Of a DNA stretch of 64,000 bases, positions 36,979 to 48,600 are shown in pieces. The position numbers and the translations under genes are program-made. The notes beneath the pieces were generated by a model that did no database searches, was not told the origin of the DNA, and was given only the letters and a program-made list of their open reading frames with translations. Location: the NCBI GenBank assembly GCA_016699365.1, contig CP064973.1:365684-429683 (forward strand). Direction: 5' to 3'. The stretch comes from Candidatus Nomurabacteria bacterium (GTDB taxonomy: Bacteria > Patescibacteriota > Minisyncoccia > Phycocordibacterales > UBA9973). Each line of letters begins with the position of its first letter. Within the stretch, counting starts at the first letter, position 1.

Positions 36979-38181
36979 ATGACCTTCAAATATAAAGTTG
37001 TTTCAAATACAGGTGAACAAAAAGAGGGCTCAATCGATGCTCAAACAAAAGATTTGGCGATCGCCGCACTTCAGCGTCGTGGTTTTATAGTTGTTTCTAT
37101 AAAAGGGGAAGAGGACAAAAACCTACTTCAAATGTCAGTCTTTGAACATGTGCCAGCAAAAGACATAGTCATACTTTCTCGTCAGATAGCAACACTTTTC
37201 GAAGCACAAGTTTCTGCACTAAAAGCATTTTCACTTCTTGCTTCAAACGTAGAGAACCCGCTACTTTCTAGAAATTTGAATCAAGTAGTAGATGACTTGC
37301 AGGCCGGATATTCTATTTCAGGAGCATTGGCAAAACATCCAGATGTGTTTTCAGCTTTTTATGTAAACATGGTAAAAGCTGGAGAAGAGTCTGGAAAATT
37401 GAACGACACTTTCAATTTCCTAGCAGACTATCTAGACCGAAACTATGCTCTCACATCGAAAACTCGCAACGCACTCATATATCCAGCGTTCGTTATTTTT
37501 ACTTTCTTTGTGGTAATGGGGTTGATGTTTACAATAGTTATACCTAAACTCTCTTCTATTATCACAGAAAGTGGTCAGGATATACCTCTGTATACAAAGG
37601 TGGTAATCGGTGCGAGTGACTTCTTTGTAAATTATGGATTTTTCATACTAATATTCTTTGTTATTGCTGGAGTATATATCTGGTATCTTTCACGAACTAA
37701 CTCTGGTAAACAATATCTCGATGGTTTGAAGATATCTTTTCCTGTTATAGGCAAGCTCTTCAAGAAACTTTATCTTGCACGTATTGCTGACAACTTGGAT
37801 ACGATGCTTTCTTCTGGTATATCAATCGTGCGTTCTATAGAAATCACAGGAGACGTTGTTGGAAACCGTGTCTATTCTGAGATTTTAAAAAAAGCTGAAG
37901 AAGATGTAAAAGGTGGTTCATCTCTCTCTGATGCATTTGCAAAACACGAACCTATTCCACCGATTTTGGTGCAGATGGTAAAAGTGGGTGAGGAGACTGG
38001 GTCTCTAGGAAGTATCTTGAAAACTTTGGCTAAGTTCTACAAACGTGAAGTGGACGATGCAGTTGATACGCTCGTATCACTTATCGAGCCTATTATGATC
38101 GTCGCACTTGGTTTGGGTGTTGGTGTGCTCCTAGCATCAGTTCTCGTCCCGATCTACAACATCGCAGGAGGGATATCGTAG
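36979..38181 (+). CDS. pilC: type IV pilus platform protein PilC (GspF family)
   Basis: 400-aa polytopic protein with two T2SSF repeats (ALIYPAFVIFTFFVVMG..., IEPIMIVALGLGVG). Confidence 0.9.
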   Translation: MTFKYKVVSNTGEQKEGSIDAQTKDLAIAALQRRGFIVVSIKGEEDKNLLQMSVFEHVPAKDIVILSRQIATLFEAQVSALKAFSLLASNVENPLLSRNLNQVVDDLQAGYSISGALAKHPDVFSAFYVNMVKAGEESGKLNDTFNFLADYLDRNYALTSKTRNALIYPAFVIFTFFVVMGLMFTIVIPKLSSIITESGQDIPLYTKVVIGASDFFVNYGFFILIFFVIAGVYIWYLSRTNSGKQYLDGLKISFPVIGKLFKKLYLARIADNLDTMLSSGISIVRSIEITGDVVGNRVYSEILKKAEEDVKGGSSLSDAFAKHEPIPPILVQMVKVGEETGSLGSILKTLAKFYKREVDDAVDTLVSLIEPIMIVALGLGVGVLLASVLVPIYNIAGGIS

Positions 38182-38194
38182 AATAAATATAATT

Positions 38195-38224
38195 AAAACC
38201 CCGCATATTGCGGGGTTTTTTTTA
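38195..38224. terminator. bidirectional terminator (aaaaccccgcaatattgcggggtttt)
   Basis: Perfect hairpin with a long T run, between pilC(+) and the 38222-41164(-) gene. Confidence 0.65.
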
Positions 38225-41164
38225 TTGAATTATGAATTTTTCTGAATGAATAATATGCCCGTTTTGTATGATTTCTGCTTCATATAATCCTGACGGGAAT
38301 AATGAAATGTTTAACTCGACAATATTATTTTCATCTGTATTCATATTAGACACAGGCTGACCTAAATTATTTACAATAACAATATTAGTATTTGTATTTT
38401 TGAAAACACTTAAGTCAATATATATTTTATTGCTAGATGGATTGGGGTAGAGGATGGTATTTTCTACATCAATACCTTCTTTGCATACAATGGATACAGC
38501 AATACTGTTTGAATTTTTAAAACAACCAGTTGCTGTTTTTATTACTCTGCATTTGTAGTTTCCGGCTGATGTTGCTGTGTAATTTATATTAGTAGCACCA
38601 GTTATTGCTGTGGCACCTTTGTACCACTGGTAGCTTAAGCCCACTCCTTCATTTGCTGTAAGAGTAACACTCTCTCCGGCACAGAAACTTGTCGGTCCTC
38701 CTGCTGATATACTTGCTGGCGGATTTTTATTTACTGTTACTATTATTGCGTTTGAAGCTGTGCCTGAGCACTCGTTGGAGCTTATGCAGGTATAAGATCC
38801 TGTAGTTGATACGGTTAAAAATTCATTTGTTTCTCCTGATATTGCAACACCATTTTTATACCACTGTACAGCTGTACCTGTATGAGTTGTTGTTAATACA
38901 ATACTATTGCCTTGGCAAAAAGTGGTAGAACCTAGAGCATTTATAGACACAGAAGGTCCGGTGTCTTCATCGGTGAGTCCATCGCAGTCATCATCTATAG
39001 TATTGCAGATTTCGGGGGATGGAATACATTCGCCAAATAATTTTATAACCCAGTAGTCGAAATTACCTATAGAATTTTCAGTTTTATCACCTGAAATATT
39101 TGATTGAGACATACCACCTAGTATGTATCCTTTATCAGAAGTTTGTTGTAATGAGAAAAAATAATCATCTCCGCTTCCTCCTATAGTATTTTGCCATTCG
39201 ATTACACCAGACTCATTAATTTTGACTACCCAGTAATCACTTGATAGAGACGCCTCATTTTTATCCCCGTATATACCAGAGGCTGAAGTTCCTCCAAGAA
39301 TATAGCCCCCATCTAGTATATTTTTTACAGACAATAAATCATCCGTAGAATTACCTCCTATTGTGTTTTCCCATTCAATAAATCCTTCGGCGCTTAATTT
39401 AATAACCCAATAATCAGAGCCTCCAAAATTTATTTCAGTCTTATCGCCTGAGATGCTTGAAAGAGAAATTCCTCCCAGTATATATCCTCCGTCAGGGGTT
39501 TGTTGCACAGAATACATTATATCGCTCATGTTTCCTCCTATGGTATTCTGCCATTCAATATTTCCATCATTATTTAATTTAACAACCCAATAGTCGTACA
39601 TTGAAGATACTTCAGTTTTATCACCAGATATACCAGAGGATGAATTTCCACCTAAAATATATCCTCCATCCACTGTTTGTTGAACTGATTGAAGATTATC
39701 ATCTCCGCTTCCTCCTATAGTATTTTGCCATTCGATTACACCTGAGCTGTCTAATTTAATAACCCAGTAATCTAAGAATCCAATTAATACTTCAGTTTTA
39801 TCACCAGATATACCAGAGGATGAATTTCCACCTAAAATATATCCTCCATCCACTGTTTGTTGAACTGATTGAAGATTATCATCTCCGCTTCCTCCTATAG
39901 TATTTTGCCATTCGATTACACCTGAGCTGTCTAATTTAATAACCCAGTAATCAGATAAGCCTAAGGATAATTCAGTCTTATCTCCTGAAATACCTGAATA
40001 AGAAGATCCACCTAAAATATATCCTCCATCAGAGGTTTGTTTAATAGAGTAAAAAAAGTCTTGACTACTTCCTCCTATGGTATTCTGCCATTCAATATTT
40101 CCATCATTCCCCAATTTAATAATCCAATAGTCATCAGATAAAGATATTTCCGTTTTGTCACCCGATATACCAGAGGATGAATTACCTCCTAAAATATACC
40201 CACCGTCATATGTCTGTTCTATTGAGTAAAGGCCATCATAGTTTGATCCTCCTATGGTATTCTGCCATTCGATTTCTGGTGCAGTTTCGATATAAGTACT
40301 TGGTCTATTTGCATCGATGAAGTCTGTTCCATCAATAATTCCATCACGTTGCATATTAGCAAAAGCAATAGTTGTTTGTTCAGCTGTCATTGTTCCTGCG
40401 AAATGAATTCCGCTATTTGCACAAGGTTCAATACAGTCAACTAGTCCTCCGTAACCACCTCTACCGTTATCTCTTGGGTAAAGGATATTTCCATTTCCTG
40501 AATAACTGTACAAAGAGTTTCGTATACTAAAATGAAGATGGGGAGACATAGGGGTGCCTCCTCCGGGTGCAGTATAACCTGATCCAATTCTAGCAATTGG
40601 CTGACCTCTTGTTACCCATTCACCAATAGATACAGTAAAATCATCAATACTATTACAAATACTTCCATCGGTATTGTTTAGAGTAGTGACGTGATTGTAT
40701 TCACTTGTATTTATACTGTCGCCTTCATAATAATGCTCTACAACAATAACCCATCCGGAATACGCTGCAACACCTAATCCGCTTGAAATTTTTATATCAA
40801 CAATAATTCCATTAGCAGAAACAAATATTGTGTCTCCGTTGTCTCCTCCTTCTCGGTTTAAGTCACATCCTGGGTGATCACCTTTACTTGTATTACCAAA
40901 GTCACCCTCGTCTCCTGCGCTGAATATTCCAGTACATCCAGTCAAACACTCTCTTTGAGGATTTGCAATTGGATTGTTGGGGTAGAGTGTATTTTGTTCC
41001 GGACTAAGATTTTCACTTATCTCGTACTCATTACCTTCGGCTGTGTAACCCCTATCATCAACAGGGTAGTCCCAGCCGTCTACATAAAGAGTGTCCGGTG
41101 TTTGCGAAAAGATTGCGGATGCAATTATTAGCATCAACGCAATTAGAAGAATAAACTTTTTCAT
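38222..41164 (-). CDS. secreted 980-aa multidomain protein: M23 (LytM) peptidase domain + ~8 SBBP-type beta-propeller repeats + MopE/Ig-like region + T9SS-type C-terminal sorting domain
   Basis: N-terminal signal peptide. The M23 motifs are HPGCDL and SPHLHFSIR. Repeats have the form IEWQNTIGG...DGGYILGG.SSSGISGDKTE....DYWVIKL. The C-terminus is NTILYPNPSSNKIYIDLS...GLYEAEIIQNGHIIHSEKFIIQ. Confidence 0.7.
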   Translation of the reverse strand: MKKFILLIALMLIIASAIFSQTPDTLYVDGWDYPVDDRGYTAEGNEYEISENLSPEQNTLYPNNPIANPQRECLTGCTGIFSAGDEGDFGNTSKGDHPGCDLNREGGDNGDTIFVSANGIIVDIKISSGLGVAAYSGWVIVVEHYYEGDSINTSEYNHVTTLNNTDGSICNSIDDFTVSIGEWVTRGQPIARIGSGYTAPGGGTPMSPHLHFSIRNSLYSYSGNGNILYPRDNGRGGYGGLVDCIEPCANSGIHFAGTMTAEQTTIAFANMQRDGIIDGTDFIDANRPSTYIETAPEIEWQNTIGGSNYDGLYSIEQTYDGGYILGGNSSSGISGDKTEISLSDDYWIIKLGNDGNIEWQNTIGGSSQDFFYSIKQTSDGGYILGGSSYSGISGDKTELSLGLSDYWVIKLDSSGVIEWQNTIGGSGDDNLQSVQQTVDGGYILGGNSSSGISGDKTEVLIGFLDYWVIKLDSSGVIEWQNTIGGSGDDNLQSVQQTVDGGYILGGNSSSGISGDKTEVSSMYDYWVVKLNNDGNIEWQNTIGGNMSDIMYSVQQTPDGGYILGGISLSSISGDKTEINFGGSDYWVIKLSAEGFIEWENTIGGNSTDDLLSVKNILDGGYILGGTSASGIYGDKNEASLSSDYWVVKINESGVIEWQNTIGGSGDDYFFSLQQTSDKGYILGGMSQSNISGDKTENSIGNFDYWVIKLFGECIPSPEICNTIDDDCDGLTDEDTGPSVSINALGSTTFCQGNSIVLTTTHTGTAVQWYKNGVAISGETNEFLTVSTTGSYTCISSNECSGTASNAIIVTVNKNPPASISAGGPTSFCAGESVTLTANEGVGLSYQWYKGATAITGATNINYTATSAGNYKCRVIKTATGCFKNSNSIAVSIVCKEGIDVENTILYPNPSSNKIYIDLSVFKNTNTNIVIVNNLGQPVSNMNTDENNIVELNISLFPSGLYEAEIIQNGHIIHSEKFIIQ
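39607..39952. repeat. perfect tandem duplication inside the SBBP-repeat gene: 166 bp at 39607-39772 identical to 39787-39952 (period 180 bp = one 60-aa repeat)
   Basis: Direct comparison of the two stretches. Flanking repeats are more diverged. Confidence 0.85.
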
Positions 41165-41376
41165 ATTTTATTTTTTTTTTGTTAAAGAAAATTTATTAAA
41201 TTTTATCTCCAAATTTATATTTTGTCATTTAGAAGTAGTCATTTTTTGTGGATATTTATCCACAACTAGGGGATTTACATAGTAAAAACCCTTTTATGCT
41301 ATACTTTAGGTATTATAAATAGGTCGCGTCGCAATCGATTAATGAAAGCGGCAAATTTTAAAAAGTTTTATTTTAT

Positions 41377-41850
41377 ATGTCACAAAAAAACAAAGGTTTC
41401 ACACTTATAGAACTCTTGGTTGTTATCGCAATCATCGGTATTCTAGCTTCAGTAGTTTTGGCTTCACTTAACACAGCACGTACAAAAGGTGCAGATGCTG
41501 CAGTAAAAGCTAACTTGTCCAATGCTCGTGCACAAGCAGAACTTTTCTATGATGCAAATAGCAATAGTTATGATTCAGTTTGTACAACTGACCTTGCTAC
41601 TGTAAAAGGTATTGGAGATTCTGTATTAGCAGCTGCTAAAGCTCATACAGGGGCTACAGCTTCTATAGGGGTAGATACAACTGTGTTTAATTACACATCT
41701 CAAATCGTTGCTTGTCATGATGACGCAACAGGATGGGCTGCAATTGTAAGTTTGAAAAACCCAACAACTGCAAGTAGTGGATTCTGTGTTGACTCAACTG
41801 GTGCTGCTAAAGAAGCGACAACTCTAGCTTCAACTATTGTAACTTGTTAA
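41377..41850 (+). CDS. type IV pilin (prepilin-type N-terminal cleavage/methylation domain)
   Basis: The MSQKNKGFTLIELLVVIAIIGILASVVLASL leader is followed by a variable C-terminal domain with a Cys pair. Confidence 0.75.
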   Translation: MSQKNKGFTLIELLVVIAIIGILASVVLASLNTARTKGADAAVKANLSNARAQAELFYDANSNSYDSVCTTDLATVKGIGDSVLAAAKAHTGATASIGVDTTVFNYTSQIVACHDDATGWAAIVSLKNPTTASSGFCVDSTGAAKEATTLASTIVTC

Positions 41851-41870
41851 GTTGAGTCTATTGAAGTTTT

Positions 41871-41900
41871 AAAAAACACTCCACAATGGAGTGTTTTTTT
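41871..41900 (+). terminator. intrinsic terminator after pilin gene (aacactcca caa tggagtgtt + T7)
   Basis: Perfect 9-bp stem plus a T run. Termination after the first pilin gene could make it the most highly expressed one, consistent with it being the major pilin. Confidence 0.65.
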
Positions 41901-41990
41901 GTGAAAGATACTCACAGTGCATAGGTGATTCCTGCTATTATATAAGATTGCTTATGATACAATTAATATATTGTTAATAATTTTTTTACC

Positions 41991-42506
41991 ATGAAAAAAG
42001 ACAAATACACAAAAGGTTTTACACTCTTGGAATTACTTATTGTGATTGTAATTATCGGCCTACTTTCTGCCATAATTATGGGTGCCTTGAATAGTGCTAG
42101 AGCAAATAGTCGTGATTCTAAAGATATCACCGAACTTAAATCAGTAGTAAATGCACTAAATCTATATTTTAGTACAAACGGATATTATCCTGCTGTAGCA
42201 ACATCTCTAGTTCCAACATATATTCCAGTTATGCCTTCAAATATATACTACACCGGCTTGAGTGGTTCAGCTGGACAGTGCGCCTCTTATCATGTAGGTG
42301 TTTCTTTGGAAAAAAACAATGTAGTCCTTAATACAGACCGAGATCTACTTTCTACGACTGCAGGTCTTGTGGGGACAGGCTATACAAACCTTTGTGGTAA
42401 TACAAATGGATTGAACGCTAGCTCTATCAGAGGTGATGATGCGCAGTCTTGTAAAGGTACAGTAGTAGAGCCTGCTGGTGGAAAATGTTTTGATCTTGTA
42501 CCGTAA
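41991..42506 (+). CDS. type IV pilin-like protein
   Basis: KGFTLLELLIVIVIIGLLSAII prepilin N-terminus. Confidence 0.7.
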   Translation: MKKDKYTKGFTLLELLIVIVIIGLLSAIIMGALNSARANSRDSKDITELKSVVNALNLYFSTNGYYPAVATSLVPTYIPVMPSNIYYTGLSGSAGQCASYHVGVSLEKNNVVLNTDRDLLSTTAGLVGTGYTNLCGNTNGLNASSIRGDDAQSCKGTVVEPAGGKCFDLVP

Positions 42507-42513
42507 AAAATAA

Positions 42514-43320
42514 ATGTATACCTTCTTACCAATATTTATAATATTTATTTTAGGACTCTTTATCGGGAGCTTTCTTAATGTTGTTATATACAGATATCAG
42601 ACCGGCTGGGGACTTGGCGGCAGATCTATGTGTTTGTCATGCGGCAAGACACTTCATTGGTATGAGCTTTTTCCAATTTTCAGTTATATATTTTTGCGTG
42701 GTAAGTGTTCAGTTTGTAAATCAAAAATTTCTATTCAGTATCCACTTGTTGAAATATCAACAGCTTTTATCTTTGTCTTTTTAGCCAATAAATTTCTATC
42801 TTCTGAAGTGGTATCTTTTGTAACTGTCGCTCCGCTCATATACTCTATGTTTATGGCATCGCTTCTTATAGTGATAGCTGTGTACGATATTCGACACAAG
42901 ATTATTCCCAACGCACTTGTATATACTTTTATCCTATTTGCTTTTCTAGGAATGTTTACAAATGTATATGGGATTGTTGCTCCAGCTCCGATAGATGCAT
43001 TTGCTGGAATACTCTTACCTTTACCTTTTTATCTACTTTGGCTTTTGTCAAAAGGTAGACTCATGGGGTTTGGTGACCTGAAGCTTATGATGGGAATGGG
43101 ATTCTTTTTAGGTTTATCAAATGGAGTAGCGGCACTCATGATATCTTTTTGGGTTGGTGCAGTTGTATCAATACTCCTTCTTCTAGCAAAACACTCTCGA
43201 TATACTATGAAGAGTGAAGTTCCTTTTGGTCCGTTTTTAGTATTCGGTACATTGTTTGTTTATGTTTTTGAAACATCTTTCCAAACGCTTTCTATTTTTT
43301 TGAGTAATTTATTTTTCTAA
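42514..43320 (+). CDS. pilD: prepilin peptidase (A24 family, PilD)
   Basis: Cytoplasmic zinc finger CLSCGKTL...CSVCKSK, conserved Asp-containing helices, and a polytopic topology. Confidence 0.85.
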   Translation: MYTFLPIFIIFILGLFIGSFLNVVIYRYQTGWGLGGRSMCLSCGKTLHWYELFPIFSYIFLRGKCSVCKSKISIQYPLVEISTAFIFVFLANKFLSSEVVSFVTVAPLIYSMFMASLLIVIAVYDIRHKIIPNALVYTFILFAFLGMFTNVYGIVAPAPIDAFAGILLPLPFYLLWLLSKGRLMGFGDLKLMMGMGFFLGLSNGVAALMISFWVGAVVSILLLLAKHSRYTMKSEVPFGPFLVFGTLFVYVFETSFQTLSIFLSNLFF

Positions 43321-43968
43321 ATGAAGGTAAATAAAAACAATTATAAATACACAAGAGGGATGACATTCATAGAGCTTATAGTGGTTTTGTCTATAGTCGG
43401 GATTATATCTAGTGTCACACTCTTGAATTTCTCTGATTTCTCTACCAGGGCATCACTCCAAAATCTTTCTCAAGATATTGCTCTTCATATTAAAAAAGCT
43501 CAGACCAATGCAATATCTGGAAGATTGACTGGAGGTTTAGATACAGGCCAGCCGCCTGCTTATGGAATTTATTTCAACATGGATACGCCAGAGTCTTTTA
43601 TTTACTTTAGAGATTTGGGTTCTCCTAGAAATTTCTTGTTTGATGGTAACTGTGATAATCCTGGTGAGCTCGGGGTTGAGTGTTTATCTACAACAACAAT
43701 CCAGTCAAATGACGCAATATCTGATATTTGTACACACGATGGGTCTTGTGGTTACGAGGATTTATCAGTTACATACGTTAGACCTTTTCCAGAGCCAAAA
43801 ATTTATGGAACAAAATTTGATACTTTATACGAATTACCATCAGGTGCAAAAATAGAAATAATTTCTCCAAAAGGAATAAATATGAATATTTCTATATGGC
43901 CAACAGGGCAGATCAGTGTTTCTGACGGTGCTGTTGATGCATGTGGTGGAGGAGGAGTAGCTTGTTAA
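43321..43968 (+). CDS. minor pilin-like protein (prepilin N-terminus)
   Basis: GMTFIELIVVLSIVGIISS motif. Confidence 0.6.
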   Translation: MKVNKNNYKYTRGMTFIELIVVLSIVGIISSVTLLNFSDFSTRASLQNLSQDIALHIKKAQTNAISGRLTGGLDTGQPPAYGIYFNMDTPESFIYFRDLGSPRNFLFDGNCDNPGELGVECLSTTTIQSNDAISDICTHDGSCGYEDLSVTYVRPFPEPKIYGTKFDTLYELPSGAKIEIISPKGINMNISIWPTGQISVSDGAVDACGGGGVAC

Positions 43969-44621
43969 TTTATATGAAATACAAAAATCATAAAAATAAA
44001 AATTCTGGATTTACGATTATTGAGATTGTTATAGCAGTAGGTCTTTTTACTGTTGTGATGATTATTGGTATTGGAGCAGTTTTAAAAGTAAATCAAATTC
44101 ATAAAAAAACAACTGATACTAGACAGGCAATAGACAGCATGCACTTTGTTCTAGAAGATATGTCTAGAAATATTAGACTAGGAAGTTTTTATAATTGTAG
44201 AGCATCTATCGGAGGTTTAGGGGAAACAGAAGATTGTCCGTTTGAGGAAGGTATAACCCCATACCAATCTATGGCTTTTGAGAGAGTAAATGGCAACCCT
44301 GCTGATGATGGTGACCAGGTTGTGTATAGAATTGTAGAGGTATCTGGTACTGGAATATATAAGCTGGTAAAGGGCACTGGTATTGCTTGTGCTACTTCTC
44401 CTACAGGTAGTGGATGTCTTGATTTGACCCCGTATTCTGTACACATAGATCCAAACAAATCCGGTTTCAATATTGAAAACGCAGAAAATCCAAACCCATT
44501 GCTCGGTGATGGAACACAACCAAGAGTTATTATCCGATTAGCTGGAGATATAGTTTATCAAGATATAGTGACTCCTTTTTCAGTCCAGACAACTATATCT
44601 CAAAGACAAATTGATTTCTAA
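43941..44621 (+). CDS. minor pilin-like protein
   Basis: SGFTIIEIVIAVGLFTVVMII motif. It overlaps the upstream gene by 28 bp. Confidence 0.6.
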   Translation: MWWRRSSLLIYMKYKNHKNKNSGFTIIEIVIAVGLFTVVMIIGIGAVLKVNQIHKKTTDTRQAIDSMHFVLEDMSRNIRLGSFYNCRASIGGLGETEDCPFEEGITPYQSMAFERVNGNPADDGDQVVYRIVEVSGTGIYKLVKGTGIACATSPTGSGCLDLTPYSVHIDPNKSGFNIENAENPNPLLGDGTQPRVIIRLAGDIVYQDIVTPFSVQTTISQRQIDF

Positions 44622-44626
44622 AATAT

Positions 44627-45223
44627 ATGCATAAAATTTTTTCAAAAATAAACAAAGAAAAAAATAGCAACCAAGGTTTTACTATTGTAGAGACTCTTGT
44701 AGCTTTGGCTATATTTTCTTCATCAATTGTTTTTTTGATAGTTGTTTCAAGTGGTGGTGTATCAAATACCACACTAGCGAAGTCTAGGCTTACAGCCTCA
44801 TACTTGGCCCAAGAGGGAGTAGAGATTGTTCGCAATCTCAGAGATACTTCAGTTATAGCTGATCCTTCAGGTGAGGGATGGTCTACTTTCATATCAAGTA
44901 CTAGTTCTTGTACAGGAACTCAAGGTTGTAATATAGATCCATCAAGTCTAGATATTTGTGCATGTACTGGCTCCACTTGTAATATTCCATACTCAGAAGC
45001 TTCAGGATATTTCGGATATGACCAGAGTCATGCTTGCGACCTGCCTAGTGGTTCAATTGCTTCGCCTTTTACTAGAACAATATTTATTTTGCAAATTCCA
45101 GAAACTACAGCAAACGATGTTTTGGTTACTAGTAAAGTTACTTGGTATCAAGGTGTTTCAGAACAGACAATTACTTATCAAAATATATTGATGGATTGGC
45201 AGCCTCATATAAGTGCAATATAA
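44627..45223 (+). CDS. minor pilin-like protein
   Basis: QGFTIVETLVALAIFSSSIVFL motif. Confidence 0.6.
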   Translation: MHKIFSKINKEKNSNQGFTIVETLVALAIFSSSIVFLIVVSSGGVSNTTLAKSRLTASYLAQEGVEIVRNLRDTSVIADPSGEGWSTFISSTSSCTGTQGCNIDPSSLDICACTGSTCNIPYSEASGYFGYDQSHACDLPSGSIASPFTRTIFILQIPETTANDVLVTSKVTWYQGVSEQTITYQNILMDWQPHISAI

Positions 45224-45226
45224 AAT

Positions 45227-45823
45227 ATGAAAATATTTATTAAACAAATAAAAAAAGCAGACAAAAATCAGGGTGGTTTCGTCGTACTTTTTACAGTTTT
45301 GATATCAGTGATTGTTTTAGTTTTAGCAACTGGAATATTTAATATAGCTTTAAAAGAAACTGAACTTACCATATCTGCAAAAGAATCTAACTTAGCATTT
45401 TATGCAGCAGACGCTGGTAGTGAGTGTGCACTTTACTATGACCTTAAAGAAAACGCTTTCAATCCAATTTCTCCAATAACACCAGAGTGTAGAGACGGCG
45501 TCGTGTCTAATTTTGAGACTATCTCTCCAACATTATTTACATTTGAATTCGACCTATCTCCTCGTAGCTGTGCGACAATTGAAGTCAATAAAAATTTTGA
45601 CATAGATGGTGCTAGTTTCACACGTATAATATCTCAAGGGTATAACATAGATTGCGCACAATTGGATTCATTTGATACAAATCGTATAGTCGAGAGACTC
45701 TTGGAAGTAAAATATCCAAATCCAGTAGCTGCGGTTCCAGACGGTGGTTTTGTCGAAGCCGGCGAAGCACCAGCCCCAGAGGGCGGAGTAGTTGATGATG
45801 GGGCGGGCGCAGGGGTACTCTAG
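45227..45823 (+). CDS. PilX-like minor pilin/pseudopilin
   Basis: NQGGFVVLFTVLISVIVLVLATGIFNIALKE hydrophobic N-terminus without the canonical G-F/E motif, plus a Gly/Ala/Pro-rich tail. Confidence 0.5.
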   Translation: MKIFIKQIKKADKNQGGFVVLFTVLISVIVLVLATGIFNIALKETELTISAKESNLAFYAADAGSECALYYDLKENAFNPISPITPECRDGVVSNFETISPTLFTFEFDLSPRSCATIEVNKNFDIDGASFTRIISQGYNIDCAQLDSFDTNRIVERLLEVKYPNPVAAVPDGGFVEAGEAPAPEGGVVDDGAGAGVL

Positions 45824-45871
45824 ATTCGAATATTTTTTGGATAATACATATATCACGAGGTATACTCATAA

Positions 45872-47914
<2,043 letters not shown>

Positions 47915-47937
47915 AATCGCCATTTACGGCGATTGGT

Positions 47938-48240
47938 TTAAGTCCGAGTTTTAAGCAGGAAATCAAGCAAGACCCATACTTTGCTGAATTCTTGTCTACG
48001 TAATTCAGTAAGTTCTTCACTCATTAAAACTGCTTTTAAAAATATATCGTGCGTGAATACGTTGAGCTCCGTTGCAAGTCGACTAATAAAAGTCATTTGT
48101 ATGCCACATGGATCATCTATTGGTGTTTCATCAATTTCATTTATAACTGATATATCGATCGCAGTTCTTTGCGCTAACTGCTCGATGGTCATATTTCGCA
48201 CGGAGCAGTAATGTTCAATTGCTTTCTTTAAGTTTTTCAT
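47938..48240 (-). CDS. small HTH-domain protein
   Basis: MTIEQLAQRTAIDISVINEI is a helix-turn-helix like segment. Length 100 aa. Confidence 0.35.
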   Translation of the reverse strand: MKNLKKAIEHYCSVRNMTIEQLAQRTAIDISVINEIDETPIDDPCGIQMTFISRLATELNVFTHDIFLKAVLMSEELTELRRQEFSKVWVLLDFLLKTRT

Positions 48241-48320
48241 TCTAGTATTTTTTCTTTAATCTATCATAAAAGATTGATTTGTCAAATGAAATAATAATCA
48301 AAATAAGCTATAATTTGGGG

Positions 48321-48599
48321 ATGCAAAAGGCAGATATAGACAAATTGGCCACACTGGCGCGCCTCGACATGAGTGATTCCGAGAAGGAAAGCTTACTTGG
48401 GGACTTTGGTGCAATACTTGAATACATAGACCAGATCAGCTCTGTAAATGTTTCTAGTACTTCTGATATCCAAAATAATACTTTAAACGTGGTACGTGAA
48501 GATGTGGCTATTCGTGCTGATGAAAATACTCTTGGATTGATTTCTGAGAATTTACCTGAAAGCACAGATGGATTCCTAAAAGTAAAACAGATTTTGTAA
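48321..48599 (+). CDS. gatC: Asp-tRNA(Asn)/Glu-tRNA(Gln) amidotransferase subunit C
   Basis: ADIDKLATLARLDMSDSEKESLLGDFGAILEYIDQI is a GatC signature. The track ORF starts at 48279. The likely start is Met 48321, which gives 92 aa. Confidence 0.8.
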   Translation: MQKADIDKLATLARLDMSDSEKESLLGDFGAILEYIDQISSVNVSSTSDIQNNTLNVVREDVAIRADENTLGLISENLPESTDGFLKVKQIL

Positions 48600-48600
48600 T

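Noticed and set aside
39100-40300. CRISPR array suspected from regular ~180-bp repeats
   Set aside because: The repeats are in-frame protein repeats (SBBP beta-propeller units) inside a long ORF. There are no short direct repeats with unique spacers and no cas genes anywhere in the window.
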